Shown here piece after piece: positions 24,301 to 36,747 of a stretch of DNA of 64,000 bases; position 1 is the first letter of the stretch; each line of letters opens with the position of its first letter. The stretch covers positions 59,086,001 to 59,150,000 of the forward strand of contig OY740781.1 of assembly GCA_963514005.1 (NCBI GenBank), written 5' to 3'. Origin of the DNA: Raja brachyura. Taxonomy: Eukaryota. The position numbers were made by a program, and so were the translations under genes. Under the pieces are notes generated by a model. The model saw nothing but the letters and a program-made list of their open reading frames with translations. It did not search any database and was not told the DNA's origin.

Positions 24301-27300
24301 AAAGCTTAAATCATCAGCTACATACATTCCCTACATAAAACCGTTCCCTTTTCACGTAGACCGCTCAGTTCAATTGAATCATATTATTAATGCTAGTGGT
24401 TATATAAGCCTCGTGCTGGAAGTTAGCACCGACACAATTGTGAGATTATTTTATTGAAACCGAGAACGCATAACCTAAGCACAATTTCAGTCAACCAGTC
24501 CTACAGTAGGAACAATAAACACTATGTCCGATATAAACACATTACCCTTCATTATTTTGTCTGCAGAATTAACGTTACATGTTCATTTCAATTAATGGAA
24601 ATAAATTAAAAAGCATATCCCATTTTAAAGTTGTATTACATTTTGGAATTGGTAGGGGTGAATTGATCATTGTGCTTCACCGGTGATAGCAACAGAGTGA
24701 AGCTGCTCATTGGACAGCAGATATATTCAAAAGGTATCACAGGCAACTCCTCGGGTGCGAGGATGGGTGTAAATACGTTGCGTATTCATTTTGCGAAAGG
24801 ATAAAGCTGTTTTAAACGATGACCTCCAATGGAGCATTTCTCGTGCCTGAGTATTTCGGTATCCCATCGTCTCTGGCCTATCTGTATATTTCGGAACGGG
24901 TGATCGTATTCCAGCAATGTCTTAAATACTCATGACAGGGAGCCTAATGTGGCCTCGGAAAACTGCACACAGCAAATTACGTTCAGGTGGATGTGTTTTT
25001 TTTGTCCAAAATAATACTAATTTCCGTCCTGATGCCATCGCTTTACATAGTAATAATTAAAATGAGCGCATTATTAAAAAAAAAAACATTTTGATGACAA
25101 ATGGAAATGTGGAGAAAACCAAATTCAAGAATTATCCTTAGCTGGTGTTCTTTAATCATTCTATTCCATTTTAAAACAAGCTACTTTATTTGCTGGAAAA
25201 TAATTACCGGCGACCATTTCCCCCCTCTTCTAATTCAAACTGGGTGGAAATTACAGGTTGGCGCGTTGAATTTCAATAGGAAACTGATCTGGAATTGTCA
25301 AGTAGATATTTGGGAGAGGGACCACTCGGATCCCAAAGCGCAGGCTTTTCGGCCAATTTACTGCTCTATTAACGGCGGACAAACGACAAACTGCTTTGTT
25401 TTCTTCCTCACTGAGCTGTGGTCTGTCACTACAGGCTTCCACTGAACCACGTGCTTGTTTGTCAGTATAGGACTATTATCCCCAATTAGTCTTTGTAATT
25501 ACGTATTGGGCTTACGCACAGTTGAAATATATATTTAAAAAACGCACCGCTATCTGCTGCTCGTGCCACCCACGTGTGTTACTTCCAAATAGCAGGCTCA
25601 CATATAAAAAGCTTCGCTAATTAAGTTTGTTCAATTGTGCACTCGCGAAAATGCGTAAAAGGACGAAGCTCGTTATAAGTGTTTGTATTTCAAAGGCATA
25701 AGATGCACAAATGGACAGTTCAAGGTCCAACGCGCCAGCCTGTTACCAGTTGCAGCTCTGTATCTTTACTCAATCTGTTTTTAGTCAGCACCAGCGAATC
25801 ATAGATTCGGGCAATTTTAATCAACGTTCTATTCTTTTTGCTCACATGATTTCGTCCAGTCTTTTCGTTACTCTTCTTTGGCCTGTTTGTGAGATCGTAT
25901 GGTTTACAAATGTATGTACACTGGCGCGCGTACACACTAAGTAAGCACAGGGGTACAATGTTGATAGGAATGGCATAGAGCTTTTTTTTAATGCGAAGGA
26001 CTATGGACAAACGTTTGTGATTCCTGATTACGCGGCTTGGTCCGCAACAAGCACAACATTAGCGAATTTAATCACAGCCATTGGAAAGTTGACAGAATTG
26101 TTAAAACATTGAGAACTAACTACAGCTGTCGATTGAGCCTAAAGGGGTTATATTCATTTTGGCAATACTCCGCTCTATTTGCATTTATTTGGGGCAGACA
26201 AATTCAGAGGTCTCCAGGTTCATCATATTCAATTTAGAAGAGGTAAAAAAGAAACACATCTATGGAGATTTCGGGCGAACCAGGTTTTGCAGTGCTTGCT
26301 GCAGACTATTTTGCTCCAGATCATCAGCCGAACCTTTGCACGAATTCTGAATCGCTAAATTGTAAATATTAGTTAAATTATTTATTCATATATTCAGACT
26401 CAATGATACCCTTAGAGTATTTTCAATCAAACGTGCTCTTATCCAGATGCTGTGCGTATTCCAGGAGTGAGTTTAATTGATAAAATACACACACCTCCAT
26501 ATCTTGCAAAATACCTTCCCATTATTTAATTGTTGCTCATTAAATCAGATTTCGCCTTTAAAATAATATCGTTGAAAAGTATGATGCCTGATGCCAGCTC
26601 TTACCTTAATGCTGCAATTTTCTGACATATGGCGCTAAACACAGATAATAAAACTTCAGATTTGCAACTCGGCATAATAGATCAGCTCTTATTTTGCCCA
26701 TCGCATTCCTGGCCTGAAGCATTTTCCGCAATCTTCTCCAGAAAACAACTAAGACAATGGATTATCTGCACTGAGTGTTGCACTATAAACTTGTCTAATG
26801 GAAACTCTGGGTATAACAAGATGCATATGTTGCACTCATATTTATTTATTCAAGAAAGATACAAGTCGTAAAACAGTCAATCGAAAGTAGTTATAGTCGC
26901 ATTTTATTGTTTCGGTTTATACCGTGCCTGCAGTGGAAGCAATATCGCGTTTATTGCTTCTGGACGCTCTCGTTGCCGCACACTGACCTTGCCATGCACT
27001 TCGCTAAACACCTAAACGTATCGCGTTCAAAGAGATCCGATTGCGTGCTTATTGTAACTTATTCGCTATCCTACTTACAACCCCTCCAACAAACATTTTG
27101 TCAAACATTTGTTTGTAAAACAAAATGTCGATTTCCCATGGGCTGCTGTGCTGTAAACCGCATCCTGGAAGATTTTCATCGGGCATATGATTTCGGGTTC
27201 CAATTACCTATGGAAGGGCGGGAGAAAATTAAACTCTCTAACTTAAACAATTGCAAAATATTAACACTAATGCTGAACCTTTGAAGTGCAATAAACGCGA

Positions 27301-27399
27301 AGTGTAAAAGCTCAGAGAAGCTTATGCCATCCCGCCAATGTACATGTGCAGGTGCTGCTCTACTGTCGGAGACGATCGCCAAATGCAAAACAGAGCGGG

Positions 27400-28054
27400 G
27401 ACTGTACAAAGAATAGAAGGCTGGGAGGCAAAATCCGGAGGTGGAGGCGGACCTCAGAGAAAGAGAACATGCGAGCAAGAGGGAGGAGAAAAAGAGGGAG
27501 GGAGAAGAGGTTGTATAAGTCGGGGCAAGGAAAGAAATGAAGCTGAAGGGCCAAAGGGTTTAAGCGAGAGGAAGCTGCAGCGGCCCTGCAGCCCAGAGCG
27601 CACCGCTCTGCTGCCTGTAGAGGAACACAATGCAAACATCTGGTGCTGCTCGGGTCGAGCACAAGACCAATCGCAGCGTAGTGAGGAGAGAGGCCGGAGG
27701 AAGAGGGGATTGAGTGACGTAGAGGGGGGGGGGGGGGGGGGAAGCCCGGGGAGGACGGCTTGCGTCTGACGTCAGGCGCGTTCGACGTCAAACCAATGGC
27801 GAGAGGGTGGAGGAAGCGCAAGCGGAGAGTGAGAAAGATAAGGAGCAGTGAGCATGAGCGGCAGGACTGCGCGCACCGCCTCTGTGCACAATCCCTACCC
27901 CAGAGTCTGGCAGCAACGACCGCACTCCTCTTAACCGGCCCTCCTCTGTGGATATAACCAAGGACTCCCTGCCTCCCCGCCCTTGCAACAACAAAAAAAC
28001 AAAAAATCCAAGGGGAAAAGCAAACAAACAAAAACTTTTGCACAATAACAAGAA
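27400..28054 (+). promoter_or_regulatory. ISL1 promoter / 5' UTR (GC- and CpG-rich)
   Basis: CCAAT at 27667-27671 and 27793-27797, palindromic CRE TGACGTCA at 27767-27774, CRE-like CGACGTCA at 27783-27790 and TGACGTA at 27715-27721, GATA site AGATAAG at 27836-27842, and a long G run. Confidence 0.75.
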
Positions 28055-28082
28055 ATGGGAGACATGGGAGATACACCCAAAA
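28055..28082 (+). CDS. ISL1: ISL1 coding exon 1 (MGDMGDTPK, 28 nt)
   Basis: ATG GGA GAC ATG GGA GAT ACA CCC AAA A|gtaagt. The N-terminus is diagnostic of ISL1 rather than ISL2. Confidence 0.95.
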
Positions 28083-28944
28083 GTAAGTTTTCTTCATCGC
28101 TGTTGCATTTCGAAGATCGGATTCAGGTGCAAGGAGTTGACGTTCCTGTAACTGTAACTTTACTGTGATCTCTGGCTTTTTAAAATTTCATTGCTCTTTT
28201 ACATTAATTGGATTATTTTGGTTTATTTCATAAGTTGTATAACAGTGGTCTTAAGGCTCAGGTAAAAAAAAAAAAATTGAGGGTCTGCATTGTTAAATGT
28301 ATTCCCATCGCTGGCGATATTGTGAATAAAAGGGTAGAGTTTAAGTAAAGCAGTGCAAAACATTTAGCAGCATTCGGATTACTTCTTTCAGAGCCTTCTC
28401 AGATGTAGCGCAGATACATGCATCTGAGTTTTCAGGCTCTGCTAAGATAAGCACAATTTGATATTACTATAAATTGTATACTTTTGAAAAAAAAACCCAA
28501 ATGGTAATAATGTGATGCATGGGTTTATTTTGCAATGTTTTTTTAAAAACATATACATAAATAAGCACGCACTTTCAAGAAAAACTTTGCATGCCGCTAA
28601 AGATTCTTCATAATTATATTTTTAAATATCAGAAATCTATTCCTGCACGCGTTTTGCTGAAGCAGTGTGAAAATTCAAAAAATAGAAATGGAAATTCATT
28701 TCCTGCTAATTTACAATCTTTTCAACTAACCGTCAGCACCAAAAGTGTACATTTAATAGTACCTCCGTTGTTTTAATACCTTATTTTGAACGCCACCCTG
28801 TAGTAATACGACCTGAAAATATATCTGCAAATCCCTCCAGCAAATATTACAGATAAATACTTTGAAAAATGCAATAGTCGAATATATATCTAAAACAAAA
28901 GCCTTTGATCGGTTTCACGACACCATTTTCATATCAAATTACAG

Positions 28945-29134
28945 AAAAGCGCCTTATTTCACTGTGTGTCGGTTGTGGGAATCAGATTCACGATCAGTAT
29001 ATTCTTCGCGTATCTCCGGATCTGGAATGGCATGCCGCTTGTCTAAAGTGTGCAGAGTGCAATCAGTATTTGGACGAAACCTGTACCTGCTTCGTTAGGG
29101 ATGGTAAAACATACTGCAAGAGAGACTATATTCG
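28945..29134 (+). CDS. ISL1: ISL1 coding exon 2 (LIM1, 190 nt)
   Basis: acag| [63 protein letters not shown] |gtgagt. Confidence 0.97.
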
Positions 29135-30355
29135 GTGAGTGAAGATTTTGTATATTTTAAATAAAGATAATATTCCAACAGCATCGTTCCTGTCCTGTCT
29201 CCAAAAACACCCCCCACCACTACCACTACCACCTCCTTCCCATCCACCAACACAATGTTAACCCTTGGATGGCTTTATTCCGTGTATGTCCTTATCTTAT
29301 CTTAACTGGGGAGATCAAATTGCCCATTATTTGGCAGCGAACAATTGGCATATTTATATCATGTAACTGTTTCCTTTGGTACAGACACATGAGTCTGTGA
29401 ACTGAGAACATGCGAATTTCGATACCCCTGACTCTGATGTCCACGCATCACAACTTTTAACAACAGGTTCGGTGTTTTAATGGTTTGCGGGGCACAACAA
29501 ATTCGTTTAAAAACGTCGCTGTCATCAGTTTAGTCTGTGCATTTCTGAAACTAGGTAATTATAGATTGGGAATGAGGCAGGCGAACTGACAATGCAAATC
29601 AATTCTGCGAGCACTGTCATGTGGAGAAATAGTGGAGCAGAAAGGTGATCTCTTACCAGCACAGTGGTATTTCACCCAGCATCAACCTCTCCAATGTAAA
29701 ATGTTGTGCATAAACTGACGTGTTGATTTGTTTAACTTCTACCAATGAATTTAAAGCACTCAATGTTTTCGGAGAACAACCATAAAGGGAACTCTTTGCT
29801 TTACCCTGACAAACAATATCAGCAACACCATCGTTCATTGAAAACCCACCTCTCAAAATAACGAGTTTTATTTTAGATGCTACAACATGACAATCTTAGT
29901 TTGGATTAGACGTCTTAGTTTGGCTGAGAAATAAATATTGATATTTAGCATGTCAATGCGCAAGGATTTAACTTTGTATCAGGCTGTACAGACTGTAGCC
30001 AATTTGGAAATATATATAAGTAAACCAATTTAGATTGTTGTCAACTTCCTTTATGTTTGTCGATTATAGAGGTTGACAAGCTTTAACATTATGCAAAACT
30101 GTATCATGGTCGATAATTACAATCAGAATTTAAATAGGTAAATATGTTTCACGTTAAGAGTAACATGAGGTATGATTTGGTCTATTGTTTAAGTAGGATG
30201 TTATTTGTTTTGACAAAATAAATCCACAGAATATCAAAAGCAATTCTGTCTTGGTCCCTTTGGTCTGTCTGCCTAATCGCTTTGCGTTGAAGTATAAAAC
30301 TACTAGAACCACTTTTGACCGTTAGTAAACCTCCCTCTTACCTCTTGATTTGCAG

Positions 30356-30612
30356 ATTATACGGAACTAAATGTGCAAAGTGTAATATAGGATTCAGTAA
30401 GAATGACTTTGTGATGAGAGCGCGCAATAAAGTGTATCACATCGACTGCTTCCGCTGTGTGGCGTGCAGTCGCCAGCTCATCCCCGGTGATGAATTCGCG
30501 TTGCGGGAAGACGGACTCTTCTGCCGGGCTGACCACGACGTTGTGGAGCGAGCATCGGTTGGCCCAGACCCACTAAGCCCCATGCACGGCAACAGACCTT
30601 TACAGATGGCGG
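30356..30612 (+). CDS. ISL1: ISL1 coding exon 3 (LIM2, 257 nt)
   Basis: tgcag| [85 protein letters not shown] |gtatgt. Confidence 0.97.
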
Positions 30613-32772
30613 GTATGTATGCTTTCAAAACTTGATTTTATCTAAGTGTCCATGTTTATTTAATGTGATGAAAGCAACACTCCTACTGCTATACTACATT
30701 TTGAACTATTTATATATCTATAATTATCGGTGGGCAATGGTAATGTAATTAGCGCAGTGAACGTCAGTTTTGTTAAAATTCGTACATTTATTGAAACGCT
30801 TCAAGACAGACTGGAATGTATTATTCAGATATTGACAGTGGCCTTTGTACAGTCTAAATACTTAAGGATTTGGTGTTTCCATTGAACCATACATTTTGTC
30901 CCTGATTGATATAAACGCATGTATATAAACGTGGACTGCATTTAATTCTACATGCTTTTGAAACTTTTTGGAGATTAACACCAGTCCCAAGCAACATTGT
31001 GTTTCAAATTGAACTGCTTTAATCATCAGTAGTTCGAAATAAGAGTGTTAAAGACAGTTGATTTCAGTTGTAAATGTTCCCATCACTATTCCCATGTTCA
31101 TTTTATAAACATTTTCCTGAATCTAGTAGGTAACTGAACTTTAATCCAATAATAAATTATGCAGAATTGTTAACTGATGACCTGTTGTGTATTGTTTGCT
31201 GGTCAATAGAATTTCCTATCGATATTTATGTAAATGAAGACATTACCATTAAACTTTGAATTTGAGAACTGGAGCAAATCTATGCTTTAATGTATATCAA
31301 GGATGTTCTCTACATTGCAAATATATCCAAATTATTTTCATGAATTGATTTCAAAATATTTCAATTCACATAGTTCAAAGATCGTCGGAGGTATTGTTTC
31401 ATTGTCTATCAGGGCGTTGTTACCTCCATTGCTTAGATCTCCAAAAATAATCCAGTACATTTTGCCCTTATTGAATATACATTGCATTCCGAAAGGGAAT
31501 CGATGTGAGATCTAGATAATTATAGGTTTGAGGACTTTTCAAGTAGAGTCTGGAGTATGTGATATTTCATTCTGATTAGTATTAGATCTTATTGTTATGC
31601 AGTGATAGCTCTCCTTTTTTTTAATCTTTATAGTGGATCATGGTGCTAAATTTGCACCTTTGATCAAATAATTACATTTCAAATTACAACTCTACTTTTA
31701 ATGATGGGCTGCATAATTCACTGCACTTGCATATTTTTTTAAATAATTTTCAATAATTGATAAAAGAATATTACCCCTTTATACATAAAAAATACTTTAC
31801 CTTTTTTAAATTCCGTTGCCATATGCAGTTTTATCAAATGCATTGCAGCATTTTGTTCTAAACTGATTGTGAACAATTATCATTTGGGGGAATCCAATCT
31901 ACTGCTGTTACATTGGATTTATGATTCAAACGTTTCAGTTTAGACCTCCTTCGCTGGGAAAAATATTTTATTTCAGGGATAAATGTGGCAAAGCATTGAA
32001 AATGTTATTTTGCTCGCTGCCGCTGACCTGCCCAAAGAAACTCCGATTACTCGTCAAACGTTTATTTCTCATCACTTCCCGAAACTTTGCGAGAGTTTAA
32101 TTTCTCACCTAGCATATCTACACGAAGAGTGGAATCCGGCCTAACATAGTGCAAAACAAAGTTGCTGTGATGTAAACCTGTATACAAGAGATGGCTGCAG
32201 CAAAAAAACGCTACGCCACTGATCGCTTGACTTATTTTGTAGTCTTGATTAGATCAGCAATGGACTTGTATCCGAACTGCATTTGTACAGAATTTACTGC
32301 AATTAGCATTCATCGACTAACTAGAAAATGCTTTCTTATTAAAGCCCAACCTCAAGCGCATTGTTTCAATTCTGTCTTTAGACTGCTGTTTCTGATTAAT
32401 TTAAACTTAATTGGTATCTACAGATAGTATACATACCGCAGTCAGAAGCTGTTTAGGATATACTGACTGTTTTTTCATGCAGTTAAATCAGTTTTGGAAG
32501 CCATATCTGAAAGTTTCAAAATTAGTTTTGACTTGATTTTAATGTAACTGCGCAGACCTAATGCTTCATTCAATATCAGACTCTATGCCAAACCTGTGGT
32601 TCGTTTATTTTCTAAGGAGTGTTTTTTATTGCAGTTCGCTCAATCTCATCACTATAACTCTGGGATCCTTGTGAGATTTAATTTTAATGCCAGAACAAAT
32701 ATCACACCAAGCTCTACTGCCTGCCGCGTTTTTTCAACAAAACTAGGATATGTTGCCTGTGTTTTTTTGCAG

Positions 32773-33059
32773 CAGAGCCCATTTCTGTCCGACAGCCAGC
32801 TCTGAGGCCACACGTTCACAAGCAGCCTGAGAAGACGACGCGAGTACGGACAGTTCTGAACGAGAAGCAACTCCACACGTTACGGACTTGTTATGCAGCC
32901 AATCCCCGGCCCGATGCGCTCATGAAGGAGCAGCTCGTGGAAATGACAGGCTTGAGCCCCCGTGTCATTAGAGTCTGGTTTCAAAACAAGCGCTGTAAAG
33001 ACAAAAAAAGGAGTGTGCTCATGAAACAATTGCAGCAACAACAACCTAACGACAAAACA
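32773..33059 (+). CDS. ISL1: ISL1 coding exon 4 (homeodomain, 287 nt)
   Basis: tgcag| [96 protein letters not shown] |gtaagt. Confidence 0.97.
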
Positions 33060-33912
33060 GTAAGTGCCTTGACTTCCTGGACTTTTAAGGAAATATTGGG
33101 GCTGAAAATGCCCATTTCTATACACACGGTTAAAAACAAAACCTATTTAGAACCTGATTTTTTTTTGTAAGGAATGGTACAATTGCATTGATATTAGTAT
33201 CAAGCTCAATTATAATACAATTTGTATGATGATAAATAATATTTTGTTGTTCAGATATATCAAACTCATTCTTGATGTATCAAAATGCTTTTTAATACCA
33301 TAGCTTGTGGAGATGACATATTTTCTCTCTGTCAAGCTTTGCATGTTGGTTCACTTAATTCAAATGGAACTTTTTACAAGTTTACCTCGTAAGCATGGCC
33401 ATTACATTCAGGCAATACTCTTAACCTCCTATTCATAAACCAGGCACTAGTGCTTACCTGAACCAGACTAAATAAGTTATCTTAAAGTGAATGAATATTA
33501 CATTTCCAACACTGGAAATAACGTTTATTTAGATGTCACTATGTTTAGATAATACTTATCTCTTGGTTAGTCCAGTGATGATAGTAGATACAATCATCTA
33601 TCTCTTCAACATTACTAGTGATTTTTAGTCTTTATAATGCATTGAGTATTCAATATAAAGATTAGAGGAGAATTCATTTTGGATTCCTAATGTTCAAATG
33701 AACTATTTTGTAATGAAATTGTTACATTGCGCAGGATTTATGTTATGGGGGACAGGAAATGGCTGAAAGCAATCTCAATAGTGTTAACATTACAATATGT
33801 TTGGTACAGAAGGCTGTGTTAAGCTTTATACATGTTAACAAATTGAAAAATAAAGAAAGAAGTGTTGATACAATTAAGCAACAAGTCTTGTTGCTTGTAT
33901 TTTTTTTTAAAG

Positions 33913-34080
33913 AATATCCAGGGGATGACAGGAACCCCCATGGTAGCAGCCAGTCCAGAGAGGCATGATAGCAGTTTGCAAGCCAATCCAGTGGAGGTGC
34001 AGAGTTACCAACCGCCTTGGAAAGTTTTGAGTGACTTCGCTTTGCAGAGTGATATAGAACAGCCTGCATTTCAGCAACTG
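33913..34080 (+). CDS. ISL1: ISL1 coding exon 5 (LHX3-binding domain, 168 nt)
   Basis: ttttaaag| [56 protein letters not shown] |gtgagt. Confidence 0.96.
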
Positions 34081-35555
34081 GTGAGTGCCAGCAACATGCA
34101 GAACACCATCACCACCACCACAATACAGACTTTACCAGACCTCACTGCAATCAGGGGAACTACCACACACCAATCCATATATAGACAATTCATGGATATA
34201 AAAATTGCAGAATCCCTCTTTTGCCAGCCTTAGCATTTTGATTTTGACGACCATCAAGAACGTAGGGAGAAACTATTTTGTTTACTTGAGCTTTCTCCCA
34301 CAGATCCAAGTAGTTTGTGTTTAACATAATACCCTGGAGATGACTGTTGATGTCTGAAACAGAAACTCTTTCATTTTATTCAAATTGTTGTTAAAAAGCA
34401 ATTTAAATGAAGTGTTTCAGATTCAAAACACTACTGATCATGTTAATGAAAACAGGTGATCATAGGATTATAGACAGGACACATGAACCATGAGCTAAGC
34501 TGATTTCAGTTTAAAATACCATTAATGGCAATAAACAAAATGGATGCTGTTTCAATGTTATTTCAGCTTTAGCTTCGGTGTTATTAAAAATGGGTTAATT
34601 GATCATCATAACCTCCATCCACTGGCCTAATGGGTAATGAAAGACAAAGTTGAAAATACCTTATTTCACCTAACTCTCCTGTAAAGGTGAATGTAAGGTG
34701 TCTAGCATTATAAGCTCTCATTGATGTCAGAGTTTTGTCCTTGAATAATTTGGTGTTATTTAATTCTCTAGCATATATATAGCTATTTTACATTTTTAAG
34801 GCATTGCAAAGCCACAATTACTACATTGAGTTGAAGTTAAATCTAAATTGTGGTTCCCTGTGGTACATACATTAAACATATTTTAGATACTTAAGTAAAA
34901 TATTGGTATAAATATGTATGCAAACTGCATGTATTGTACAAATAAAATGTCTCAACTTTGTAAACCTATTTCAGTTTATCCGTTTCAGGTCAATGGCAGC
35001 TTCATTGCAAGGTGTCCCAAACAAATGATAGACATATGTCTTGCTTTATTTTCTTGGGAATACCTTTGTCATATATTTTTACATATTTAGTGGCAGGAAA
35101 CATCATTCTCTTGTTTCAAATTACAAAGAAAGTGTGGTGCTCAAGAGTTAAACAACTCTGTGATGTCTTGCAATAAATAATAAATAGCTGAAAAATATTT
35201 TAGCTGAAAATGTACTTTTGGAGAGAAACTGTACAATTAACACCATTAAATGATGTTACACTGGGATTTACGAAAAGGCCTACCTGTGCTTTGCTATGAG
35301 ACCTTGAATATTTACAAAGGCATTGTTTTAATTTTAGTGATATACGGCACTTTAGGTAACTTGGCAGAAAGCACTTTATGTTTTTAATGTAATTTGACAT
35401 TAATGATAATATTAATGCAAACCACTGTACAGCCATAGTTACAAAAGTAAAAAATATATATTTTTAATGAATGTAATTTTCAGATATTTGTGTCTTTGGA
35501 TTAATGTCACATTTTAAGGAGGCCAGAGATTATTGATTTGCTATGATTTTTACAG

Positions 35556-35672
35556 GTTAATTTTTCAGAGGGAGGGCCAGGTTCTAACTCCACTGGAAGT
35601 GAAGTAGCGTCTATGTCCTCCCAACTCCCTGACACACCAAACAGCATGGTAGCGAGTCCTATAGAGGCATGA
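35556..35672 (+). CDS. ISL1: ISL1 coding exon 6 (C-terminus and TGA stop, 117 nt)
   Basis: tacag| [38 protein letters not shown]. The six exons sum to 1047 nt, or 348 aa plus stop, with consistent phases. Confidence 0.97.
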
Positions 35673-36741
35673 GGAACCTGAAATCTCAGTGCAGCCCTAC
35701 AGAGAGCCACGAGGAACCCTGGACCCTCAATACTCTCTGGCCCACACTTTTTAAACAAAAAAGTTCTTGCAACCTGGTCCATGTCTGATCAGAAAGCAGC
35801 CATCATCCGTTTGCACGAAGTCTCTGTGTTCAAACAACCAATGTTGTACCCTAGCAACACTGTGACGACAATCAGACACTAGAGTGGGATTTGGCTACCA
35901 TCGCAAGTAGAAGAGATTCCCGAGACATCCGGGACTTCATTCAGAGACATTTTTGAAGATATAGGATGTACACTCGAGTGATCCTGAGGGAATGCATTGC
36001 ACACGCAAACAGATAAGATGATCCAGTGGAGTGACTGTAGTCCCAACATCTTCAATGGTGCTGCCTAGAAAGGACATCAGTGGGTCACCTTTGCCAAAAA
36101 AAAAATCAGAAGAGTCCCATACATCTGCAAAAAGTGGACTGGAAAGACAATCGTGACATGCAGAATGTACCACAGCCTAAGTAGTTCAGCGACTGTCCTA
36201 TCGGATCAGTTCTGAAAGGTATAGTTGCATTTTTGCAGTGCTTTTAGTTGATCTATAACAAGGACTATTGGATTCTAGATCATTAGCAAATAGCTGGTTC
36301 ATAAGATCACTGTCCCTACAAAGAAAGTATGAAGGCAACTACTGATGTTTCATTTTTTTTAAATTTTTTATTAAAAAGCTCAAGCATTGCAACAAGGTAT
36401 ACCTCTTTTTGCCACAGCTTCGTGGGATTTGTGTGTGAACTCGTGTCCGTCCAGAATTGTCCCAAAGATGTGTATGTTCCTAGGTTAAACCAGTTACCAA
36501 CAACGGATTTAGCTCTGGAAAGAAACAATTTCTTGTTCTTGTACTGCAAAAAAATTAAATAATTTATTATTTATTGTCAACAGACTTGCCACTTTTCATG
36601 TCTTTTTGACATTTTATGTTTGCTGAAGTAAAATATGTACTGTGGTCTTTGGAAAACATGTCTAATTTTATGTGTCCTGTCTTTTCTTGAAGATTATGTA
36701 AAACGCCATATGTAGAAATATATCCTCAAGATTATTTCACT

Positions 36742-36747
36742 AATAAA
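36742..36747 (+). terminator. ISL1 polyadenylation signal AATAAA
   Basis: tatttcactAATAAA ends a ~1.1 kb 3' UTR whose last ~370 nt resemble my recollection of the mammalian ISL1 3' UTR end. Confidence 0.7.

Noticed and set aside
27360-28097. 245-aa antisense ORF across the ISL1 promoter
   Set aside because: Low-complexity translation of GC-rich and A-rich promoter/UTR DNA with no recognisable domain. Treated as a shadow ORF.
28055-35672. Assignment as ISL2
   Set aside because: The N-terminus MGDMGD and C-terminus SMVASPIEA match ISL1. ISL2 begins MVDI.
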